A DNA stretch of 64,000 bases from Candidatus Subterrananammoxibius californiae (GTDB lineage: Bacteria; Planctomycetota; Brocadiia; Brocadiales; Subterrananammoxibiaceae), in NCBI GenBank assembly GCA_030586555.1, contig JAURAC010000011.1, forward strand, positions 17,604-81,603, given 5' to 3'. Shown in pieces: positions 16,445-27,460 of the stretch (its first letter is position 1; each line of letters starts with the position of its first letter). Position numbers and translations under genes: made by a program. Below the pieces are notes generated by a model. It saw only the letters and a list, made by a program, of their open reading frames with translations, searched no databases and was not told the origin of the DNA.

Positions 16445-17212
16445 TTATGTTGCAAATGCTGAGGTCTTGCCTATCTTTGACCGCAGTAAGAAGAGCGCCC
16501 TGTGGTGGAGTTGTGATACCCTCGATTCTGAAATGCCCATAACCTTGCTTATTTCCTTTAATAGAAGGTCCTCATAGTAATAAAGGGCAATAACAAGCCT
16601 TTCCCTGCGAGGAAGTTCAGCAATGGCTTTTGCCAGGAGTTCCTTTTCCTCTTGCTCTTCGAGGTTAAACAAGGGTTCTTTGGACTTCTGGTCCTTGACA
16701 AGGTCAGCACCACACGTCTCATCATAGCCATCTATCTTGTTTTTGAACTCTTCTATAGATACAAAAGAATTGAAACTGATTTCTGTTAAGAGTTTATCCC
16801 ATTCACAGACGTCCATTTTTAAGGCATTCGCAATCTCTTCGGTACGCGGAGGGCGGTTTAACTTTTGCTCCAGGGATGTGTAGACATCTTTAACAACTGC
16901 AGCCTTTTCACGAACAGACCGTGGCACCCAATCCTGCGAACGGAGATAATCGAGGATGGACCCTCTTATGCGAGATATTGCATAGGTTCCAAACTTAGTT
17001 TCTTTTTTGTCATCGAATTTTTCTGCCGCATCTATTAAACCAATAATCCCAAACTCCACAAGGTCTTCGTGGTCCACTTGAGGAGGGATATAAATCAGTA
17101 CTTTGCCTACTACATACTTTACAAGGGGCAAATAATCCAGTACAAGCTTATTACGGACCGTCCAGTCCATCTCTTTTCTATAGTTCTTTTTTGGAATTGC
17201 CGTGTTTTTCAT
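16445..17212 (-). CDS. fliA: Flagellar sigma factor sigma-28
   Basis: DLVEFGIIGLIDA, FGTYA..RIRGSILDYLR..DWVPRSVR, ISESRVSQLH. Confidence 0.93.
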   Translation of the reverse strand: MKNTAIPKKNYRKEMDWTVRNKLVLDYLPLVKYVVGKVLIYIPPQVDHEDLVEFGIIGLIDAAEKFDDKKETKFGTYAISRIRGSILDYLRSQDWVPRSVREKAAVVKDVYTSLEQKLNRPPRTEEIANALKMDVCEWDKLLTEISFNSFVSIEEFKNKIDGYDETCGADLVKDQKSKEPLFNLEEQEEKELLAKAIAELPRRERLVIALYYYEDLLLKEISKVMGISESRVSQLHHRALFLLRSKIGKTSAFAT

Positions 17213-17238
17213 AAAAGTTTACCACTATTATTTGTTAG

Positions 17239-17508
17239 TTATTTTGGGTTAGTTTTCTGTTCGCTTCTTTTAGCGGTATTACCCGCCAGTCCTTCATGAG
17301 GTGGATTAGAACCAATCGTATCCTTTAAAAAAAACTCTATGAAGATTCTAAATAAGATACGGCTTAAAACCAAACACAGCGCAGCAGCTATACATGCCCT
17401 TATCGCAAGCGTTACTATAGGCACATCGGAAGCTATTCCCAGAAAACATGTAATGAAAAAAACTAAGCCTGTGAGATAGATACAAATTTTTGACGTAAAA
17501 AGTTCCAT
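17239..17508 (-). CDS. Small two-TM hypothetical protein in flagellar operon
   Basis: Two hydrophobic helices; between flhG and fliA. Confidence 0.6.
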   Translation of the reverse strand: MELFTSKICIYLTGLVFFITCFLGIASDVPIVTLAIRACIAAALCLVLSRILFRIFIEFFLKDTIGSNPPHEGLAGNTAKRSEQKTNPK

Positions 17509-17552
17509 TCACTCCCTACCTTTTTCAAAAAGGCGAACTGTCTTCTTACAGT

Positions 17553-18428
17553 TCATACCAAGATTGATGCTACTGTTTCAGTAATGCGTTGAAAATAATT
17601 CTTTATGCCAAGGTGTGGTTCCTCTATGGTGTTATTCACAAGCAGGGCTGCAAGATTGTTCAAGTAGCTACTGGCTGAAGAGTTTGGGAATTCCAGCACA
17701 AATGGTTTCTGATGCCTGGTGGATTGAGGAACGTTTGGGTCGAGCGGCAAAAAGCCAAGGCATTGAACTTCTACATTAAGAAAAAGCTTTGCAACCTCTG
17801 CAATCTTTTTTGCGGTGCGTCCAGCTTCTTCACGACCTTTATACATATTAACAACTAACTTGATATCAGGGTCTTTTCTGTAACTTGCGATGACCTTAAT
17901 CATGGCATAAGCATCGGTAATAGCCGTAGGCTCCGGTGTGGTAACTATCAATATCTCATTAGCCGCAAGCACAAAACTTAACACGTTGCTCGATATGCCT
18001 GCTGCCGTATCTACAATAACGATATCAATCTCGTCGTCTAACTGGCTGATACCGTTAATGAGCCTCTCTCTCTGAAGAGGCGTCAAATTGGCAAGTTCCT
18101 CTACTCCTGAACTGGCTGGGACAATCATTATTCCCTCCGGACCCTTGATAATTATGTCCTTTATCTCTTTATCGCCCATAATTACGTGCTGTAACGTATA
18201 TTCGGGGTGTATTCCCAAGAGCACATCCACGTTGGCAAGTCCAAGGTCTACGTCCATTAAAAGTGTCTTTTTGTTGTACTTGCGCAGAAGGATAGCAAGG
18301 TTGGTAGCGATGTTGGTCTTGCCCACGCCGCCCTTGCCGCTTGTTATTGCAATTGTTCGCCCGCGCAACAATTGGGGGACGGGTTTTCTCTTTGCAATGT
18401 TTCGCAATCGTGCCGCTTGGTCATTCAT
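17553..18428 (-). CDS. flhG: MinD/ParA-family flagellar number regulator FlhG/FleN
   Basis: N-term DQAARLR, SGKGGVGKT, DVDLGLAN, PEPTAITDAY. Confidence 0.92.
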   Translation of the reverse strand: MNDQAARLRNIAKRKPVPQLLRGRTIAITSGKGGVGKTNIATNLAILLRKYNKKTLLMDVDLGLANVDVLLGIHPEYTLQHVIMGDKEIKDIIIKGPEGIMIVPASSGVEELANLTPLQRERLINGISQLDDEIDIVIVDTAAGISSNVLSFVLAANEILIVTTPEPTAITDAYAMIKVIASYRKDPDIKLVVNMYKGREEAGRTAKKIAEVAKLFLNVEVQCLGFLPLDPNVPQSTRHQKPFVLEFPNSSASSYLNNLAALLVNNTIEEPHLGIKNYFQRITETVASILV

Positions 18429-18523
18429 TTAAGTAGCCTCCCAATAAGAGTTCAAGGGTTCAAGAGTTCAAAGGTTCAAGGGTTCTTTAAACTCTTAAAC
18501 TTTGAACTCTGAAACTCCTTACG

Positions 18524-19708
18524 TCACTTCCCATCCACAATTAGCTCCGCAATGCGTCCCGGCTTCGCTTCCTCTATATCATCAGGTACTTCCTGGCCAT
18601 TTGTCAGATAAGACGGCGGTAAGGCGGTCCTGATAGCAAGGTTTAAAATCATACCATAGGTCTTGGTTTCATCAATTTTGGTAAAAACCAATCTGTGAAG
18701 TGGTATAATGCCGAAGCGATTAAATATTTCAATGGCATCCGAATACCTTGTGGTTGCACTCACAACCAGGTGAGTTTCTACCTGTGGAACTGCTTGAAGA
18801 ATGCCTTTAAGGGCACGTATACGTGTAGCATCGAATTGGCTCCGACCTGCTGTATCAATAAGAATGATAGATGCGTTTGCGAACTGACTGACAGCATTTC
18901 TCAATTCCTGCGGGGTAAAAACAACCTTGACGGGGACGCCCATTATATCCCCGTAGGTCTTTAACTGGTCTGCCCCACCAATCCTGTAAGTATCTACTGT
19001 AATCAATGCCACGTCTTCTTCTGTGTTCACACTGTATTTTGCAGCCAGTTTTGCGATGGTAGTAGTTTTACCTACTCCGGTAGGTCCTATAAATGAAATC
19101 ACCGCTTGTGTTTTAGCATCTTTAGCTGGCAATTTTTGTGCAAGTAGCGCTTCTGCAATCTTTGCTTTGAGACACTGTTTTATAATGTCCGGGTTCTCCT
19201 GTTCCCCTTCTCGTTGCGCCTTCATTACGTTATCCAGCAACGTTCTTGACAACGTATCATCAACATCCTGAGTCCGAAGGTTGACATAGAACTCACGAAT
19301 GGCATCAGGCCAACCATCCGTTCGAGTACACGCAACCCTCTGAAGCGAGTTTCTTATATTTAACAAATCGGTATGTAGTTTCTTTAAAGGAGGCTCGGCA
19401 TTGTGCAAAACTTCGTCCCATCTATCACTCTCATTATGATTTTCCTTGCCAGCATCGTTGGCGGTCTTTTCCAAAGCAAAACCCTTTGCCTTGTCCTCCC
19501 CGCTTGTTGGGGGACTGATAGAGGCGGTTCCAGAAATCTCTGAAGGCGCTGCTGCTATTACCTCTATTACTTCTTTACCCATAGGTTCTTTTATACCGTC
19601 TCCATTGTACTTTCTTGTCTCCAGGATTAAGGCTGAGGGTCCTATCTCCGTCCTAACCTTTAGTAACGCTTCCTGGAGCGTTGGAGCAGAAAAGCTTTTA
19701 ATCTTCAA
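18524..19708 (-). CDS. flhF: Flagellar SRP-type GTPase FlhF
   Basis: GPTGVGKTTTIAKLAA, DTYRIG, DTAGRS, TKIDE, GQEVPDD. Confidence 0.93.
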   Translation of the reverse strand: MKIKSFSAPTLQEALLKVRTEIGPSALILETRKYNGDGIKEPMGKEVIEVIAAAPSEISGTASISPPTSGEDKAKGFALEKTANDAGKENHNESDRWDEVLHNAEPPLKKLHTDLLNIRNSLQRVACTRTDGWPDAIREFYVNLRTQDVDDTLSRTLLDNVMKAQREGEQENPDIIKQCLKAKIAEALLAQKLPAKDAKTQAVISFIGPTGVGKTTTIAKLAAKYSVNTEEDVALITVDTYRIGGADQLKTYGDIMGVPVKVVFTPQELRNAVSQFANASIILIDTAGRSQFDATRIRALKGILQAVPQVETHLVVSATTRYSDAIEIFNRFGIIPLHRLVFTKIDETKTYGMILNLAIRTALPPSYLTNGQEVPDDIEEAKPGRIAELIVDGK

Positions 19709-19709
19709 T

Positions 19710-21791
19710 TTATACCCTCACAATGCCAAGCGATTGGATTTGCGTGCCTGGCGCAATCTCCTTATAAGATAGAACTGGTAAATTTGGCAAAGATACCTCG
19801 ATGAGTTTTCTGATATGATGCCTGATAGCCGTAGAAGTCAACAATACGACCTCGTAACCAGACGGTATTGATTCTCTCATCACATGGGACATCTTTTCAA
19901 TCAGCTTTTGAGCGATGGTAGGTTCAAGTGCCAATAAAGCGCCTCGTTCCGTTCGATGTATAGAATTGGAAATTGTTTGTTCCAGTTGGGGTTCAAATGA
20001 TATTACCCCCAGCTTTCCATCCTTAGTCTGATACCTGCTACAAATCGTCCTTGCTAAACCTTGCCGCACGTATTCGGTAAGGGCTTCCGTATCCTTTGTT
20101 AAAGGAGCATGGTCAACAATAGTCTCAAGTATAGTTGAGAGGTCACGAATCGGCACCTGCTCCCTGAGCAGATTCTTGAGAATCATCTGAACACCCCCCA
20201 TAGACATTAAGTTGGGGGTCAATTCCTGCACAATAGTAGGAGCGGTCTGTTTGAGGGTTTCCATCAATTTCTGGACATCCTCACGGGATAAAACTTCATG
20301 GGCATGAGCCTTGATGACTTCTGTCAAATGTGTAATTAGAACAGAGGCTGGGTCTACAATCGTATAACCTGCAGTCTCTGCATCCTCTTTTTGGAATTCT
20401 GCTATCCATACACCAGGCAAACCGTATGTAGGGTCTGTCGTTTTAGTGCCTTCTATGTGCCTTGTAACCCCACCTGGGTCGAGCGCCAGATAATTCCCCA
20501 CCATCAATTCACCTCTTGCAACCTCCTGTCCACGTATCTTTATACTGTATATGTTTGCATCAAGCTGGAGATTATCCCTGAGGCGGATGGGCGGGATTAT
20601 TATTCCAATCTCTTTAGCCAACTGACGTCGCAAAGCATTAATCCTATCAAGCACACCCCCACCCTTTGTAGGGTCAACAAGTGGTATCAACTTATAGCCT
20701 ATTTCTATGCCAAGCCTGTCAACCACAAGTAATTTTTCAACCGTTTCCTCCGGTTCAGGACGTTTCTCTGTCTTTCCAGCCTCAAGCGCCTTTTCTGCCT
20801 CAAGGGCAACCTTCGAAGACCTTCTTGTAATGTTAAACAGTACGCCAAAAAGGGCTGCAAGGATGAAGAATGGCATCTTGGGCAACCCTGGAATAAAACC
20901 AAAGAATCCAAGCACACTGGCTGCAAAGCCAAGTGCTCTTGGTTGTGTGAACAACTGCCCCGTAACATCCTGACCAAGGTTCTCCTTTGAAGAACTCTTT
21001 GTAACAAGGATACCTGCGGACGTGGCAATAATTAGTGACGGGATTTGAGAAACCAGCCCATCGCCAATTGTAAGGATAGTGTACGTACGTCCAGCCTCCG
21101 TTATGTCCATGCCTCTCATTGAGCCCAGTACGATACCTCCGATAATATTGATAAATGTGATAACAATGCCAGCTATGGTATCCCCTGTTACGAACTTGGC
21201 AGCGCCATCCATAGCGCCATAGAACTCTGCCTCCTTTGATATCTTGTCTCTTCTTTCCCTTGCCTGGTCTTCCGTAATCAAACCTGCATTTAAGTCTGCA
21301 TCAATGCTCATCTGCTTTCCAGGCATGGCGTCCAATGTGAACCGTGCGGCTACTTCGGAAATCCTTGACGAACCTTTAACAATTACAATAAATTGAATGA
21401 CAGTAAGGAGCATGAATACCACAAGACCCACCACCAGATTTCCTCCCACTACAAACTGTCCAAAGGAGGAAATCACCTCCCCTGCATAACCATGAAGCAA
21501 GACAAGTCTTGTGGCGGCAACATTAAGCGCAAGCCTGTACAGTGTGAAAAATAGTAACATGGAAGGAAAAGCCGAAAGCTCCAGAGATTCTTTAATATGA
21601 AGGATTGTAAGTAGCAATAGAAAAGAGCATGCAATATTAATTGTGATGAGTACATCAAGAAGAAAGCTTGGTAGCGGGATAATCAGCACTACCAGCACTC
21701 CTATTACGCCAATAGCTAAAAGGAGTTCGCCTTGCCTTGTAAAGCGCCCTAACGGCTGATATGGTTTAATTTCTCTGGACTTTGCCGCCAT
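19710..21791 (-). CDS. flhA: Flagellar export protein FlhA
   Basis: EVAARFTLDAMPGKQMSIDADLNAG, FYGAMDGA, IGDGLVSQIP. Confidence 0.96.
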   Translation of the reverse strand: MAAKSREIKPYQPLGRFTRQGELLLAIGVIGVLVVLIIPLPSFLLDVLITINIACSFLLLLTILHIKESLELSAFPSMLLFFTLYRLALNVAATRLVLLHGYAGEVISSFGQFVVGGNLVVGLVVFMLLTVIQFIVIVKGSSRISEVAARFTLDAMPGKQMSIDADLNAGLITEDQARERRDKISKEAEFYGAMDGAAKFVTGDTIAGIVITFINIIGGIVLGSMRGMDITEAGRTYTILTIGDGLVSQIPSLIIATSAGILVTKSSSKENLGQDVTGQLFTQPRALGFAASVLGFFGFIPGLPKMPFFILAALFGVLFNITRRSSKVALEAEKALEAGKTEKRPEPEETVEKLLVVDRLGIEIGYKLIPLVDPTKGGGVLDRINALRRQLAKEIGIIIPPIRLRDNLQLDANIYSIKIRGQEVARGELMVGNYLALDPGGVTRHIEGTKTTDPTYGLPGVWIAEFQKEDAETAGYTIVDPASVLITHLTEVIKAHAHEVLSREDVQKLMETLKQTAPTIVQELTPNLMSMGGVQMILKNLLREQVPIRDLSTILETIVDHAPLTKDTEALTEYVRQGLARTICSRYQTKDGKLGVISFEPQLEQTISNSIHRTERGALLALEPTIAQKLIEKMSHVMRESIPSGYEVVLLTSTAIRHHIRKLIEVSLPNLPVLSYKEIAPGTQIQSLGIVRV

Positions 21792-21835
21792 TATTATTCA
21801 CCCTTGAACCCTTAAACTCTTGAACCTTGAACTTT

Positions 21836-22906
21836 TTATTTTTTGTAGGTCCCACGTAACTTGTATATGTATGAAAGCACCTTTGCAACGGCGTGATAAA
21901 GCTTCTGTGGAATCTCATAGCCAATTTCTACCGTTTTAAAAATGGCATGCGCAAGAGGCTTATCCTCAAAGATGGGGACGTTATTTTCTCTTGCAATTTT
22001 TACAATGCGCTTTGCTATCAGGTCTGCGCCCTTTGCAACTACCTTAGGTGCCTTCATTGTGTTTGAGTCATACATCAGGGCAATAGCTAAGTGTAGCGGG
22101 TTAGTAACCACCACATCCGCTTGTGGCACTGCTGCCATCATCCTGCGCATAGCCCACTGCCTCTGAATTGCACGGATTCTCCCCTTCATCACAGGGTCGC
22201 CTTCTGTCTGCTTGAGTTCGTCCTTTACCTCCTGTTTTGTCATCATCAGGTCTTTTACATGTTGCCACTTCTGGTAAGCGTAATCGAGTATTGCAAGAAA
22301 CAACAAGATTATGGCTACTCTTATACCGAGCCAGAATATAGAGTAAGAAGCAGTTGTAAAAATTTGTGCCAGGTTTGCGGTCGTTAAATCGAGAAATTTA
22401 TCAAAATCACTTTTTATAGAGTAAAAAGCCACTGCAGCCACTATTGCTAACTTTGCCAGTGACATTGCAAACCTTACCAGCGACCGCATAGAAACAAATA
22501 TATTTTTAAACCCTTTAATTGGATTCAACAACCCAAGATTAGGTTTTAACTGTTGAAAGGTTATAAGGAAACCAACCTGAGAAAGTGAGGCGGCTACGCC
22601 CGCAACGAGTAATCCACCAACAATGGGCAGGAGTATCTTTGTAGTGCTGCCCACTATGTTTACCATTGTTGAGTTAAACATGGTCATTGTTAGCGGTTCT
22701 ACCATCAGGCCTCCCAAATACATTTTCATAAGTTCGCCTATTTGCTGGTTGGCGCCAGCACCTGCATAATAAAGGACAAGGAGCCCGCACAAAAGGGCTG
22801 CGGCGCTGTTAATATCGGGACTCTTTGCAACCTGTCCTTTTGCACGGGCATCACTTAAACGCTTACCGGTTGGTTTTTCAGTTCTATCATGAGCGCCTAT
22901 AGACAT
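21836..22906 (-). CDS. flhB: Flagellar export switch protein FlhB
   Basis: RTEKPT, EGDP..KGR, VVTNPLH (variant of the NPTH autocleavage motif). Confidence 0.94.
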   Translation of the reverse strand: MSIGAHDRTEKPTGKRLSDARAKGQVAKSPDINSAAALLCGLLVLYYAGAGANQQIGELMKMYLGGLMVEPLTMTMFNSTMVNIVGSTTKILLPIVGGLLVAGVAASLSQVGFLITFQQLKPNLGLLNPIKGFKNIFVSMRSLVRFAMSLAKLAIVAAVAFYSIKSDFDKFLDLTTANLAQIFTTASYSIFWLGIRVAIILLFLAILDYAYQKWQHVKDLMMTKQEVKDELKQTEGDPVMKGRIRAIQRQWAMRRMMAAVPQADVVVTNPLHLAIALMYDSNTMKAPKVVAKGADLIAKRIVKIARENNVPIFEDKPLAHAIFKTVEIGYEIPQKLYHAVAKVLSYIYKLRGTYKK

Positions 22907-22977
22907 AGTATTTAATTGCGGATTGCGTAATTCAAAGGAGTTTTTTCAATCCGCAATCCGAATTCCGCATTCAGCAT

Positions 22978-23757
22978 TCAGTACATAGTCGCAAACAAAG
23001 AAGGTATCTCCCTTTGTAATGAAACAAGAAGCGTCTTTATCGTTTGTATAAGGAAGGGCAATGATACGGCAATAACGCCAAATCCAAGCAAAATCTTTAC
23101 AGGAAATGCCAGAAGAAACACGTTGACCTGCGGCGCCACACGCGCCGTTAGCCCCAGCGCCATCAGGGCAAGCATAAGTATAACAAGACAAGGCGCCGCT
23201 ATGGTTGCGCCAGCCGTAAAGAATGTCCTGAAAAGGCTCGTAACCTTACTTACGGTTACAGCCGAATAATTTATCTGTCCAATTGGTAGGGAATTGTAAC
23301 TTATTGAAATTGCCTTTATAAACCAGTGGTGTCCATTGAGCGATAAAAATACAAGCGCGGCAATTATATAATAAACGACCGCTATTGAGGTGCTTTCCGT
23401 CTCTAATTGGGGGTCAATTACACTGCCCATATCCAGTCCCATTTGCCTTCCAATCAAATCGCCACCTATTAAAAAGGCTGAAAAGATGAGGTTTGCCACA
23501 TACCCAATTATGATACCCAAAACAGCCTCTTTTATAATGACGATTACAAAGGGCCAGAACGTCGTGGGCAGTGTTACAGCAGAGGTATCAATCGTGGGAT
23601 ACATAACAAACGCCACAAGCATGGATAACCCGACCTTTAATTGGATGGGAATGCTTTCGTCTTTGTAGATAGGGGCAAAAACGAGGATTCCTGCTGTCCT
23701 GAAAAAGACCAGGGCGAATACAGGAAGATTATCTGCGAGGGCAACTATCTTTTCCAT
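22978..23757 (-). CDS. fliR: Flagellar export protein FliR
   Basis: Multi-TM; QMGL, LNGHH, RVAPQVNVF..FPVK. Confidence 0.92.
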   Translation of the reverse strand: MEKIVALADNLPVFALVFFRTAGILVFAPIYKDESIPIQLKVGLSMLVAFVMYPTIDTSAVTLPTTFWPFVIVIIKEAVLGIIIGYVANLIFSAFLIGGDLIGRQMGLDMGSVIDPQLETESTSIAVVYYIIAALVFLSLNGHHWFIKAISISYNSLPIGQINYSAVTVSKVTSLFRTFFTAGATIAAPCLVILMLALMALGLTARVAPQVNVFLLAFPVKILLGFGVIAVSLPFLIQTIKTLLVSLQREIPSLFATMY

Positions 23758-23821
23758 CTTTCATTTCCAAGGTAGTCGCAGGCTTCAGCCTGCGCAAAAT
23801 TGCGCAACTTAAAGGTTGTGG

Positions 23822-24088
23822 TTAACTGTATTTTAAAAAGTCGAGGAACAGCCTCTGTGTAAAAGATATTAACATTTGCAGCATCCATGGCAGGCAGAAA
23901 AGAAAAACCGCCACAACTGCAAACACCTTTGGAAAGAATGCTAATGTCTGTTCGTGGATGTTCGTGATTGCCTGAAGTATCCCAATGAATAGACCTATTA
24001 CCATGGCTACCCCCAACAGCGGGCCCATGATTATTATTGTGGTCTCCATGGTTTCTTTTGCGATAGCCATTACTGTATCTATCGTCAT
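23822..24088 (-). CDS. fliQ: Flagellar export protein FliQ
   Basis: GLFIGILQAITNIHEQTLAFFPK. Confidence 0.92.
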   Translation of the reverse strand: MTIDTVMAIAKETMETTIIIMGPLLGVAMVIGLFIGILQAITNIHEQTLAFFPKVFAVVAVFLFCLPWMLQMLISFTQRLFLDFLKYS

Positions 24089-24097
24089 AATGTGCCT

Positions 24098-24886
24098 CTA
24101 TTTCTGAAAAAAGCCGCTAACAAGCGACTGTATGACAAGATGCCAGCCGTCAACAAGAACAAAAAGGACAAGTTTGAATGGCATGGAAATCATAACAGGT
24201 GGCAGCATAAACATACCCATTGCGGTCAGTACGCATGCAACGACCATGTCAATTACTAAGAATGGTAGATACAAAAGAAACCCCATCTGAAATGAGGTCT
24301 TAAGTTCACTGGTAACAAACGCTGGTATAAGGATGTGCGTTGGCACATCGTTTGGGGTATTTGGTCTCTGGCTTTTTGAAATATTCACAAAGAGGGCAAT
24401 ATCCTTTTCCCCCGTATGTTTTAGCATAAAATTGTGAAACGGCTTGATGCATCTGTTGAAGGCTTCGCCCTGGGATATTTCCTCATTTAGATAAGGTTGA
24501 ATGGCTTTTGCATTTATTTCTGTCCATACAGGAGCCATCACATAAAATGTCAGGAAAAGAGCAATTCCTACGAGAATCTGGTTCGGCGGGAGTGTTTGAA
24601 ATGACATGGCTTTTCGTACAAAGGAGAGGACGATTATGATTCTGGTAAAACACGTCATGGTGAGAAGGATGCCGGGCAGCAAAGTAAGGACAGTCATGAG
24701 CAAGACTATCTTTAACGTGCTGGTGATTTCTAAGGGCTTTTCGTTATTGTCCAGACTTACCGTCAGCTTCAGGGGACCTTGAGAGGTTGGGCTAGGCTCA
24801 GCATTGCATACCGACCCGCAGAAGAGTAATACCGTCAACGCAACTGCTATCAGGAGAATAATTGAACTGCCTCTACAAGGTTTCAT
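24098..24886 (-). CDS. fliP: Flagellar export protein FliP
   Basis: MTCFTRIIIVLS, PPNQ, PAFVTSEL, PFKLVLFVLVDGW. Confidence 0.95.
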   Translation of the reverse strand: MKPCRGSSIILLIAVALTVLLFCGSVCNAEPSPTSQGPLKLTVSLDNNEKPLEITSTLKIVLLMTVLTLLPGILLTMTCFTRIIIVLSFVRKAMSFQTLPPNQILVGIALFLTFYVMAPVWTEINAKAIQPYLNEEISQGEAFNRCIKPFHNFMLKHTGEKDIALFVNISKSQRPNTPNDVPTHILIPAFVTSELKTSFQMGFLLYLPFLVIDMVVACVLTAMGMFMLPPVMISMPFKLVLFVLVDGWHLVIQSLVSGFFQK

Positions 24887-24896
24887 TTATACCCTC

Positions 24897-25475
24897 TTAG
24901 TGATTATTTTCGCGAACCCCTGCCCGCACCTGACGCCTCTCGAAGCAAACCTTTTTCATGAAACTCATAAAATCGTTATTATCAGAAGACGGAGAAACTG
25001 CATCTACCACCTCTTTATCAGTAATCTCGGCAAGTGGGTTTATGCGGTCATTTGCCATCCCTACAACAAGCAGCTTACCTGGAATTTTTACCAGGAGAAG
25101 AAATCTCTTCGTTCCTATAGAAACGGATTCGACCACATGTATGTACTTCTTACCCGCGACCTTGGCGAGGCCGAATTTTTTCTTCAGTAAGAACACCGTT
25201 CCCACAATTAATATTATTACTATGGCGGTGGATTGAAGTACTCTGGTGAGTTTAGGGAAAAAAACTTGCCCTGAATTTATTTCAGGAGTAATTGAGTCTT
25301 GAGTCTGGAGTTTTGAGTCAGGGGTCTGGAGTCCTGAGTCAGGAGTCACAAGCCTTGACTTCTGACTACCAACTTCTGGCTCCAGACTATCTTCGGCTGC
25401 AAGTATCTCGGTGGATGCAAAAACTAATAAGATGCCAAGAATGAGGACGTGTCCGATGTAATAGTGATTTTTCAT
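24897..25475 (-). CDS. fliO: Flagellar protein FliO/FliZ-like
   Basis: Signal/TM, then IHVVESVSIGTKRFLLLVK..LVVG; upstream of fliP; contains a heptamer-repeat insertion. Confidence 0.75.
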   Translation of the reverse strand: MKNHYYIGHVLILGILLVFASTEILAAEDSLEPEVGSQKSRLVTPDSGLQTPDSKLQTQDSITPEINSGQVFFPKLTRVLQSTAIVIILIVGTVFLLKKKFGLAKVAGKKYIHVVESVSIGTKRFLLLVKIPGKLLVVGMANDRINPLAEITDKEVVDAVSPSSDNNDFMSFMKKVCFERRQVRAGVRENNH

Positions 25476-25800
25476 ATAATGCACCCGCTTTATAGTCTTG
25501 GTAGCCAGAAAGCGCAAATAATATGCCGTAAAAGGAAATGCAAGTCCGTTAATTAAGCAATCACGCTGCCCACTATAGATATAGAAGTGTAGTGTTTGGA
25601 TGCTACAATATTATGTAGGTAGAACATTGATATTGACCATAATATTCGTTAGCGACTTTCGTAGTCTTTTTGAACGAACCGTAGGATTTTTAAACGCTTA
25701 CTTCTTTGAAAAGAAGCCTGCCTATGCGTGTCCGCATGCAGACAGATAAGCAAGGAACTTTCGCATTTTTCCTGGTAGGTACTTCACCCGCCTTACTGGC

Positions 25801-25829
25801 TTGACATTTCATCTTCAGTAAGATATAAT
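25801..25829 (+). promoter_or_regulatory. Consensus sigma70 promoter upstream of nifS
   Basis: TTGACA-17bp-TATAAT, perfect consensus. Confidence 0.8.
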
Positions 25830-26019
25830 GCCTTGCGGATTAAATCCAAAACTCATCCGCCTCAGGCGGACTGGGGCGGGTGGGATTTTGGATTTATTTT
25901 TTGGATTTGGCATGGGATACATTTGTGAACCCCGTTAAAAGCTTTAAAATGGGGTGAAAGTAGGTCTTGCACAAGGTGAACTTTTAATGGGGGTTCGTTA
26001 CATACAAGGTTTTAACGGG

Positions 26020-27195
26020 GTGAAAGTAATTTATTTTGATAACAACGCAACCACACGGGTTGCTGATGAAGTGCTTGAGGAGATGCTACCGTATTTTAGT
26101 GAGCAATATGGCAATCCCTCCAGTATCCATGCCTTTGGCAGCCAGGTGCAAGGTAAGCTGACAATTGCAAGGGAGCGAGTAGCTGATTTATTGGGAGCTT
26201 ATGACCCTTCGGAGATAATCTTTACAAGTTGCGGCACGGAGAGTAATAATAATGCCATAAAAGGAACGCTCGAAGCCTTCCCTGATAAAAGGCATATCGT
26301 TACCACAAAGGTCGAACACCCCGCCGTACTAAGCCTGTGTAAGCATCTCGTTGAAGCAGGATACCAACTTACCGAACTCAATGTTGACCATGATGGTATG
26401 TTAGACCTCGATGAATTAAGGAGTACCCTTAGGGACGATACGGCGATAGTTTCAATTATGTATGCAAATAACGAAACAGGGGTAATCTTCCCCATCGAGG
26501 ATATAGGCAAGATTGTTAAAGAGCGCGGCATTACCTTTCATTGCGACGCCGTTCAAGCAGTGGGAAAGATTCCCATCAATTTACGGAATAGCACCGTAGA
26601 CCTTTTATCCCTTTCGGGGCATAAATTGCATGCGCCAAAAGGGGTAGGCGCTCTATACATAAGAAAGGGAGTAAGACTAAGCCCTTTTATTATAGGTGGC
26701 CACCAGGAGCAAGGCAGACGGGCTGGAACAGAAAATGTTCCATCCATTATCGGGCTTGGCAAGGCTTGTGAACTTGCAAAAAAGTATATAGTCGAGGAGC
26801 AAACAAAGGTCAGAAAGTTAAGGGATACACTGGAGAATGGGCTTTTAAGCAAGTTACCCAATGTAAAGGTAAATGGTCACAAAACGAAGCGGCTGCCTAA
26901 TACTTCCAACATAAGCTTTGAATACATAGAGGGAGAGGCGATTCTTCTTTATCTTAGTGAGATAGGCGTGGCGGCATCCTCTGGTTCTGCCTGTACGTCT
27001 GGTTCTGCAGAACCATCACATGTCTTAACTGCCATGGGTGTTCCCACTGCGGCGCATGGCTCTGTAAGGTTTAGTCTTAGTCGCTATAATACACTGGATG
27101 ACGTAGAGTGTGTATTAGAAAAAGTACCCCCAATCGTTGAAAGACTCAGGGAAATATCTCCTTTCGGTAAGGAGATTTTGAAATCCAAAACCTAA
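26020..27195 (+). CDS. nifS: Cysteine desulfurase (NifS/IscS type)
   Basis: YFDNNATT, NNETG, HCDAVQ, SGHK, SSGSAC; start at GTG 26020 likely. Confidence 0.92.
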   Translation: MKVIYFDNNATTRVADEVLEEMLPYFSEQYGNPSSIHAFGSQVQGKLTIARERVADLLGAYDPSEIIFTSCGTESNNNAIKGTLEAFPDKRHIVTTKVEHPAVLSLCKHLVEAGYQLTELNVDHDGMLDLDELRSTLRDDTAIVSIMYANNETGVIFPIEDIGKIVKERGITFHCDAVQAVGKIPINLRNSTVDLLSLSGHKLHAPKGVGALYIRKGVRLSPFIIGGHQEQGRRAGTENVPSIIGLGKACELAKKYIVEEQTKVRKLRDTLENGLLSKLPNVKVNGHKTKRLPNTSNISFEYIEGEAILLYLSEIGVAASSGSACTSGSAEPSHVLTAMGVPTAAHGSVRFSLSRYNTLDDVECVLEKVPPIVERLREISPFGKEILKSKT

Positions 27196-27214
27196 AATCT
27201 TAAAAGGAGAAATC

Positions 27215-27460
27215 ATGGCTTTTGAGGTAACAATCTTTACTCAGGATAATTGTCCAAAATGTATTGAGGCGAAACGAAGGCTTAAAGAGGCAGAGGTTGG
27301 ATATAAAGAGGTGGACGTTGGCTCAATTGATGGACGTGTGGAATTCTTGATGCATGTTTCGAGGCAGAACACCACACCAGCCTTTTTGCTCGATGGGGTG
27401 GAGGTTGATAGCGTAGAGGAAATTATTAAAAGCTGTAATAAAGCACAAATCCAGCATTAA
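27215..27460 (+). CDS. Glutaredoxin-like protein
   Basis: CPKC motif, TTP, AGGAG RBS. Confidence 0.8.
   Translation: MAFEVTIFTQDNCPKCIEAKRRLKEAEVGYKEVDVGSIDGRVEFLMHVSRQNTTPAFLLDGVEVDSVEEIIKSCNKAQIQH

Noticed and set aside
25954..26019. N-terminal extensions in the ORF track for nifS (and for the ATPase at 56794-56916)
   Set aside because: These stretches are made of palindromic or heptamer repeats upstream of the homologous start, so shorter starts were preferred.
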